This document shows positions 58,580 through 64,000 of a stretch of 64,000 bases of DNA, piece by piece. A program made the position numbers and the translations under genes. The stretch covers positions 33,053-97,052 of the forward strand of contig CBDCVG010000043.1 in the NCBI GenBank assembly GCA_965222765.1. Reading direction: 5' to 3'. Every line of letters begins with the position of its first letter. Within the stretch, counting starts at the first letter, position 1. The DNA is from Caldora sp. (GTDB lineage: Bacteria > Cyanobacteriota > Cyanobacteriia > Cyanobacteriales > Coleofasciculaceae). The notes under the pieces were generated by a model that was not told the DNA's origin, ran no database searches, and saw only the letters and a program-made list of their open reading frames with translations.

Positions 58580-59623
58580 TTGTTGCTCCAGTTGATAAAG
58601 TGCTTGACTATTCTAGTAGCGCCCCATGGAGCAACCTTAGTGAATCTACTATTTAAGATAAAATTTATGAAATTACTAAATTCTAGTAAATTTTTGCCTA
58701 TAGGAATCGCCGCTATCGGTACTTTAGCTCCATTGAGCTTGGGGATTTCTCCTACTGCTGAAGCAGCATCTTTAAAAACAATCACAGCTTCAGCATTCGC
58801 ACAAACTCGTTCTAGCGATGCTGATTTTCCCTTCTTTTTTACGTTCTCTTTTCCTGATCAGCCGAGAACAGGGGCAACCGCTATAGCTGTATCTATTGCT
58901 GACACTTCTGTAGGAAGGGCGGATGCCTTTGCAAGTTCAACAGCTATACGAACTGCAACTGGTAATTTGTTCTTTTCAACTCAAGAGCGTCAGGAAATCC
59001 TGCGAAGGACTCCTGGTGCCTTGCAAGCTTTTGCTGTGACTAATGCAGATGCAGCACCGGATCCATTTGAATCTCCTGCTCTCCCCAATGTTGTTAATGA
59101 AGAGGGCACTCCTTTGTCTATGGAAGAGAAGTTTGAATCGGATCTGAATACATCTTTGGAAATTACGTTTAATGATGAAACAGACCAAATTTTATTTGAT
59201 TTTTTAGGTAGTGCTCTACTGAAAACTGAGGGTCTGTTTGCCTTTTCAACAGGTATTAGACTAGAGTCTGTTGGATTAGGACTCTTACGCTCGTTTACTA
59301 TCAATGAAAGTTTTGAACTCGCTTTTCAAGGAGGTTGGGGATTAGACGATTTGTCAGTTACGCAAGATAGAAGCTCTTTTTTTGCTGATTTGGACAATCT
59401 GGATTTTGCAATTCCCGTTGCTTCAGAATTTACCAGAGAAGATTTTCAAAATCTCGACTTTAGATTTAACGGCTCAGGTATTGTTGAAGCCGCTTCAGTT
59501 CCAGAACCAGCTTCTCTACTTGGTTTCCTCTCAGTGGGTATTATAGGTGCTGGTTCAGTAATTAGTAGGTTGCGTAGAAAAGATATGAGTATTAATCAAA
59601 AAGTACTGAATCTAAACGACTAG
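58580..59623 (+). CDS. PEP-CTERM (exosortase-sorted) secreted protein
   Basis: C-terminus VPEPASLLGFLSVGIIGAGSVISRLRRKD (PEP motif + TM + basic tail). The probable true start is MKLLNSSKFLPIGIAAIGTLAPLSLGISPTAEA (58637), which carries a signal peptide. Confidence 0.8.
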   Translation: MLLQLIKCLTILVAPHGATLVNLLFKIKFMKLLNSSKFLPIGIAAIGTLAPLSLGISPTAEAASLKTITASAFAQTRSSDADFPFFFTFSFPDQPRTGATAIAVSIADTSVGRADAFASSTAIRTATGNLFFSTQERQEILRRTPGALQAFAVTNADAAPDPFESPALPNVVNEEGTPLSMEEKFESDLNTSLEITFNDETDQILFDFLGSALLKTEGLFAFSTGIRLESVGLGLLRSFTINESFELAFQGGWGLDDLSVTQDRSSFFADLDNLDFAIPVASEFTREDFQNLDFRFNGSGIVEAASVPEPASLLGFLSVGIIGAGSVISRLRRKDMSINQKVLNLND

Positions 59624-59795
59624 CAGCAACCTTGAAGGAACCATATTGAGGTCGAGATGAAGAATAGTAGCCACGGCTAACTTGCGAGGGATAACAGTGA
59701 GAGTAGTTAAATCTTAATTGATGTCCACCATTGATCGTGGTCGCTTGATCCGCTGTAAGTTCTGTAAACAATGGATGTTTTCGATTAATTTTCAT
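59592..59795 (-). CDS. Candidate double-glycine-leader (bacteriocin/RiPP-type) precursor peptide, 67 aa
   Basis: Leader MKINRKHPLFTELTADQATTINGG (L-12, I-4, GG) then a 43-aa Ser/Tyr/Arg-rich core with one Cys. TATAAT and a weak RBS upstream. Overlaps 32 nt of the PEP-CTERM gene end on the other strand. Confidence 0.35.
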   Translation of the reverse strand: MKINRKHPLFTELTADQATTINGGHQLRFNYSHCYPSQVSRGYYSSSRPQYGSFKVAASRLDSVLFD

Positions 59796-60080
59796 TGCTT
59801 GAGTCCTGTTTGATTATACATACGTACTTACTTACCCTTACTCAAGTAAGAGATTTTATCCGGATAGTATCAAGTGCTTAAACACTCTGAGCGATAGCGT
59901 TTACGCCAAGGGGATGCTTAGCAAACGTACGGGTGAGGTGAAATTTACAGTGGCTTTCAATAAATAAGGCTCCGAGGCAGAGGGCTCCAAGGCATAAGAA
60001 AAAAAACGACAATCTAGGTTTACAACTCGTTTGGAAACACTATATTTCGTTATCGTATGTTCCGAATTCTTCCACACTAA

Positions 60081-60663
60081 TCACCTCGCCTCCAGAACCT
60101 GTGTAGCTGTCAGCCCCAATTCAGGAAAAGTCCGAGAGACAATCCGCTGATTGCCAGAAAACTCAGTTGCCTGATACCTACCATTCACCAACAGCAGTAC
60201 AATCACAACCTTTGCTTGAGGGTCAACAATCCAGTATTCAGGAATGCCCCGCTGCTCATACTGTAGGCGCTTCTCAACATAATCACGTTTGTAGTTCTCA
60301 TCCTTTTGGCTTCTGTAGGGGCTGACGACCTCAACAACTAACTGTGGGGGCGGCATATCGAGAGTGATAGTGCATCGTTTTTCGGGTTGGGTGAGATGCT
60401 CTTCCCTAATCACCACTAAGTCAGGGAAGCGATTTTGTCGCTTCCCAATTACTTGCAGTTCACAGCAATTAGTAGGCAAGACAAAACGTCGGTCAACCAT
60501 TTGGACTAATTCATCTCTTAGCCACAGGGACATCCAGATATTTCTTTTTGATTCTGGTGGCACTTCTACCAACTCCCCATCGAACAATTCATAGCGGTTA
60601 TCTGTGCCATCGTCATATTCGAGATATTGCTCAAAGGTCAGTTTTACTGGTGTGTGGGTCATT
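60081..60663 (-). CDS. Uma2-family endonuclease (third copy in window), translationally coupled to the upstream RHH gene
   Basis: YELFDGELVEV ... FPDLVVI ... EYWIVDPQ. The start was chosen at MTHTPVKL (ATG about 4 nt after the RHH stop) rather than the longer listed ORF. Confidence 0.7.
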
Positions 60664-60666
60664 TTC

Positions 60667-60870
60667 TTAGTTTTTTTGAGATTCACTTCTTTTGCCAAGC
60701 CAGTCGCTTACCAATTCAGAAATCACATCACTCATAGATTTACCCGCTTTTAGGCATTCAAGTTTGAATTCTTTCTTTATCTCCGATGGGACATAGGCGT
60801 TTATTTGTGAGAGTTTGCGTTTATCATCATTCATCCTTCTGAATTTCCTAAACCATGCATCTATGGTCAT
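60667..60870 (-). CDS. Ribbon-helix-helix (CopG/Arc/ParG-like) DNA-binding protein
   Basis: KRKLSQINAYVPSEIKKEFKLECLKAGKSMSDVISELVSDWL: beta-strand + two helices, the RHH pattern. Confidence 0.6.
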   Translation of the reverse strand: MTIDAWFRKFRRMNDDKRKLSQINAYVPSEIKKEFKLECLKAGKSMSDVISELVSDWLGKRSESQKN

Positions 60871-60882
60871 TGTCGCTTAGTC

Positions 60883-60950
60883 TGCTAGTCGTTAGCAAAG
60901 AAAGATGATGTGATGATTTGTCATTATGTCTGCTAATCATTATAATGACA
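60883..60950. promoter_or_regulatory. Two palindromic candidate operators in the RHH promoter/5'UTR
   Basis: Perfect palindrome tgctagtcgttagca (60883-60897). 9-bp IR tgtcattat ... ataatgaca (60919-60950) embedding a TATAAT. Confidence 0.45.
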
Positions 60951-60958
60951 GCATAGCT

Positions 60959-61014
60959 AAACGGCAATACCGTATCACTGAAACGGCACTATTGCCGGAA
61001 CAGCAAAACGGCAC
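60959..61014. repeat. Three iteron-like direct repeats AAACGGCA(C) spaced 22 and 26 bp apart, upstream of the RHH-Uma2 pair
   Basis: aaacggcaataccg ... gaaacggcactattgccgg ... aaaacggcacaac, followed by a T7 run. Confidence 0.5.
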
Positions 61015-61209
61015 AACTTTTTTTAGACAAAAAATGGCTGAAAATCAAGCACAGTAAGTAATAGAAGTACGGCACAGCAATGTGCTACCGCTACCTACCG
61101 CTACTACCCCGGCACAAGAGGTATTACCTCAAACCTATACCACAATTTCGTTCACCCAGTGTAGCCAGTGCAAGCGAGTAGAATCCCCGCTGCTGTTTTA
61201 CAGGGAGTG

Positions 61210-62640
61210 TCAAAATGATGCCTGTAAACCAATAGTTAACTGCCAATCAGTTTCCAGTTGGGGACCATCCAAAGATTGAACAAGAGGTAATGCAAACTCA
61301 ATCCCTAAGCGTGTTCCTTTGAGAGCACCACTGGGAGCATAGAGGTTCAACCCTAAACCTAAGTCTAACCGTTCACCACCCCGTAGATCCGGGTCTGCAG
61401 TGGGAATCATCATGGGATTGAGGAGAGGATCAGCTCCACTGATATTACCCAAAGTTTTGAAGTCAAGCCGCAATGAAGTACTGAGCCAATCTACCCATTT
61501 ATTAGCAATCCAGCCTGTGAGATTAAATTGATCTCCGAGCTGATAATCATTACTATTTTCTCCCAAGCGGACTATAGCACTTCCCTGAGCTCCCCAAGAA
61601 AACTTATCTACCTGACCTAAGTAAGTAATACCAGGTCGCAGATCAAAAGTACCAGAGCCAATCTGCATCGGATACGGTAGCCTCACATTGTTACCTGCTG
61701 GCGTATCATCTCGCTCGTCAATTGAGCCAGTAGGAAAACTCATCCCTAGATTAAAGTGCAAGCGCTGTCGATTTTGACGCAGGACGTTGTAAAGTGCTGT
61801 CAGCTGAAGGTCACCAAATCCTTCTGAATTGGTGGTAAAGTTCACCCCTGTACGGGTAAGGTGATCCATCTCCTTCAAGACATAAGGAACCATCACCATC
61901 AAGGTAAGATCATCTGTTGGAGCATACATTCCCCCAAACATGTGCATTTCCATGTCCATGTCAGTCGGAGTCACAGGAAACTGCTGCAAAACTTCCTGAT
62001 CACTTAGATCCTCAGTACCATCCCGGTTCCCATCCATCCTCATGAACATATAACGGTAGGAAAACATAAACTCCGCCGCTTGATGAGTATGCTCCCCCAT
62101 CACACTAATAGGAGCATGACCATCCGGTCGAGCTGAAGTCCATTGGAGCTCACCACTACCAGAGTTACTCCCATCATTACTATCACTCAATAAGAGATTA
62201 AAATTGTCAACATTCTGGACTGACAAAGTAGGGAAAATATCCTGCTCATTCCGTTGTACTGATAAAGTCGTCGAGGTTAGAGATGGTAGCTCATCAGGGG
62301 TAATGCCAATAGTAGTAGCCTCTAATGGTTCAGCAACCGACTCTGTAATTGCTGTAGTTTGGTTCGTTAAAACCTTTTCACTAACTGATCCAGGGTTATT
62401 CAGTTCAGGTGGTGGGTTTTTACCAATCTCGATCGTATTAATTGGTAAGAGTGCTTCTGCTGTTAACTTGGTAGTTAACTCACTAGTCGTCTCGATAGTA
62501 GCAGTTGGGGGTAAATTGTTTATAGGTACTGAGTTATCTTTAGTGACGGAATACTCTGCTAGCTCAGCCTTAGTTGTTGCTGAACAACTCAAGAAAATTC
62601 CTAGCGTAACTAAACTAATTTGGCAGTAATTCCACTTCAA
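61210..62640 (-). CDS. Outer-membrane beta-barrel protein (MetA-pathway/'transporter' PF13557-like), signal peptide, C-terminal Phe
   Basis: N-terminus MKWNYCQISLVTLGIFLSCSATTKA. C-terminus alternating hydrophobic strands ending ...QLTIGLQASF. Confidence 0.55.
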   Translation of the reverse strand: MKWNYCQISLVTLGIFLSCSATTKAELAEYSVTKDNSVPINNLPPTATIETTSELTTKLTAEALLPINTIEIGKNPPPELNNPGSVSEKVLTNQTTAITESVAEPLEATTIGITPDELPSLTSTTLSVQRNEQDIFPTLSVQNVDNFNLLLSDSNDGSNSGSGELQWTSARPDGHAPISVMGEHTHQAAEFMFSYRYMFMRMDGNRDGTEDLSDQEVLQQFPVTPTDMDMEMHMFGGMYAPTDDLTLMVMVPYVLKEMDHLTRTGVNFTTNSEGFGDLQLTALYNVLRQNRQRLHFNLGMSFPTGSIDERDDTPAGNNVRLPYPMQIGSGTFDLRPGITYLGQVDKFSWGAQGSAIVRLGENSNDYQLGDQFNLTGWIANKWVDWLSTSLRLDFKTLGNISGADPLLNPMMIPTADPDLRGGERLDLGLGLNLYAPSGALKGTRLGIEFALPLVQSLDGPQLETDWQLTIGLQASF

Positions 62641-62795
62641 GGGGCAAACCTCTTATCAAAAGAAGGAAAGGTTAAAGATTAGTTAAGTACCTTAGTGGGG
62701 TCTGCTGCCTGAGTCAAAAGACAAATTGTCACAGTTGGTAATAATACCAGTTAAAATGTAATGACCCTGAATCAGTTATTGCGGCTACTCTACCT

Positions 62796-63002
62796 ATGTT
62801 TGAAGGCTTTTGGGAAAACGTCTTGCGCTATCCCCGCTACATGATTAGCATCATTTTCGGCATCTTCTATTCGTTCTTCTTGTGGTTTAAACCACTTCTA
62901 GATCGTCCTGTAACTGCGATCGCACTCATACTTATGATAGTGGCAGGTTTCTTTTTCATTACTTTTACCCTTCGTGCCATGCTAGGGCTAAGTTCAGTTT
63001 AG
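62796..63002 (+). CDS. Small two-TM membrane protein (conserved hypothetical) upstream of rbfA
   Basis: Two hydrophobic helices, ORF only. Confidence 0.45.
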   Translation: MFEGFWENVLRYPRYMISIIFGIFYSFFLWFKPLLDRPVTAIALILMIVAGFFFITFTLRAMLGLSSV

Positions 63003-63044
63003 ACTAGAACAATAAACTGCCCATATTGTTAGCAAGGGGGCATT

Positions 63045-63446
63045 ATGGCTACCAATCGCCGTATTTCTCGAGTGTCTTCCCTAATTAAGCAGGAAGTCAG
63101 TCAAATGTTATTAAGCGACATCAAAGATGATCGTGTAGGTGCTGGGATGGTGAGCGTCACGAATGTAGACGTTTCTGGAGACCTCCAGCACACAAAAATC
63201 TATGTGTCAATTTATGGCACTGACGAGGCAAAGGCAGAAACTATGGCGGGATTAGAGTCTGCCACGGGTTATGTCCGCCGGGAATTGGGTAAACGCATCC
63301 GCTTACGCCGTACACCAGAGGTCAAATTTATTGAAGATAGAGGTCTCGAGTATAGCGATCACATGATGACATTGCTCAATCAGCTCTCTCAGGAGCGTCA
63401 GAACAAAGAGCTCAATCATGCTGCTATATCTGAGCAGGAAGACTAA
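63045..63446 (+). CDS. rbfA: Ribosome-binding factor A
   Basis: [18 protein letters not shown] ... [50 protein letters not shown]. Confidence 0.9.
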   Translation: MATNRRISRVSSLIKQEVSQMLLSDIKDDRVGAGMVSVTNVDVSGDLQHTKIYVSIYGTDEAKAETMAGLESATGYVRRELGKRIRLRRTPEVKFIEDRGLEYSDHMMTLLNQLSQERQNKELNHAAISEQED

Positions 63447-63739
63447 TTAGGGTTGGCTGAATAAGTCAAATGGGAGCATTTGAGGAAGTAAAAATTAAGC
63501 TCATCCCACGACTAAAGTACGTGGGATTTCGCGTCATTAGTCATTAGTCATTTGTCCTTTGTACTAATGACCAATGACAAAGTGGGAAATTTCCTCGAAG
63601 CCTGACAAGTTGGAGGAGATTTCCCGCTTTTTGTGAGCTCAGCGTATTGTATACTTATTTGCTTGTCGGGGGGATAATTCATGAATTGCCTCTCTAGGTG
63701 ACATAACTGCTAGGCAATTTTTGCAAGGTCTTTCTTAGC

Positions 63740-64000
63740 ATGGGATTAAAGCTGGAACATTCATCTGAGCCAAACTCTCTAAACAATTTGGAGAACCTCT
63801 CCTTAGAAGAACAAGTAGCCCAAATGATAGTAGTTAGGGCATCTGGCTACTTGTTCGATCACCAAATTCAGTACCCGGATTGGGAACCTCCAGCAAAGCA
63901 ACTACAGCATTGGTTGCAGGATTTAGGTGTTGGTGGCGTGATTTTGGTGGGAGGTAGCGCTGGAGAAGTTGCTATCCGGTCGCAACAACTGCAAAACTGG
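63740..64000 (+). CDS. nagZ: Glycoside hydrolase family 3 beta-N-acetylhexosaminidase (NagZ-like), 5' part (continues beyond the window)
   Basis: LSLEEQVAQMIVVRASG ... DLGVGGVILVGG, the GH3 N-terminal motifs. Confidence 0.65.
   Translation, partial: MGLKLEHSSEPNSLNNLENLSLEEQVAQMIVVRASGYLFDHQIQYPDWEPPAKQLQHWLQDLGVGGVILVGGSAGEVAIRSQQLQNW

Noticed and set aside
61082-61279. 65-aa + strand ORF overlapping the 3' end of the outer-membrane protein gene
   Set aside because: It overlaps a better-supported convergent gene. It has no motifs and lies in the iteron/T-run region.

Overview
Chromosomal window that looks like it comes from a filamentous heterocystous cyanobacterium (Nostocales-like). Seen in sequence: a very high density of HIP1 octamers (GCGATCGC), short tandem heptamer arrays (STRR) in nearly every intergenic spacer, and a gene set typical of this group (Cph1/Rcp1 phytochrome pair, hpnA-hpnH hopanoid genes, CHAT-TPR protein, PEP-CTERM protein, pentapeptide-repeat protein, Uma2 endonucleases). 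Housekeeping genes include leuS, ruvC, a pyruvate dehydrogenase E2, upp, rbfA, PBP1A and a giant TamB/Tic236-like protein. The window is also accessory-rich. It carries one apparently complete tnpB-only IS200/IS605-type element and a degraded IS607-like element (TnpA HTH remnant plus a TnpB with a degenerate zinc finger). It carries an IS630 transposase and several MITE/PATE-like and short dispersed repeat families. A gun4-like gene is inactivated by a nonsense codon plus a 316-bp insertion. The best candidates for an undescribed or poorly described system are three. First, a two-gene AAA_21 ATPase + TOPRIM-like small protein module (split OLD/AbiL/PARIS-like) inside a defence-island-like context (Uma2, IS630, Schlafen/AlbA_2-HATPase_c_4 protein). 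Second, a tightly coupled ribbon-helix-helix + Uma2 nuclease pair preceded by palindromic operators and iteron-like direct repeats (toxin-antitoxin-like or partition-like). Third, an unusual PlsY-like membrane domain fused to a PEP-synthase/rifampin-phosphotransferase-like swivel-histidine kinase. No tRNA, rRNA or CRISPR array was recognised. All family assignments are from motif-level reading of the ORF translations, not from database searches.
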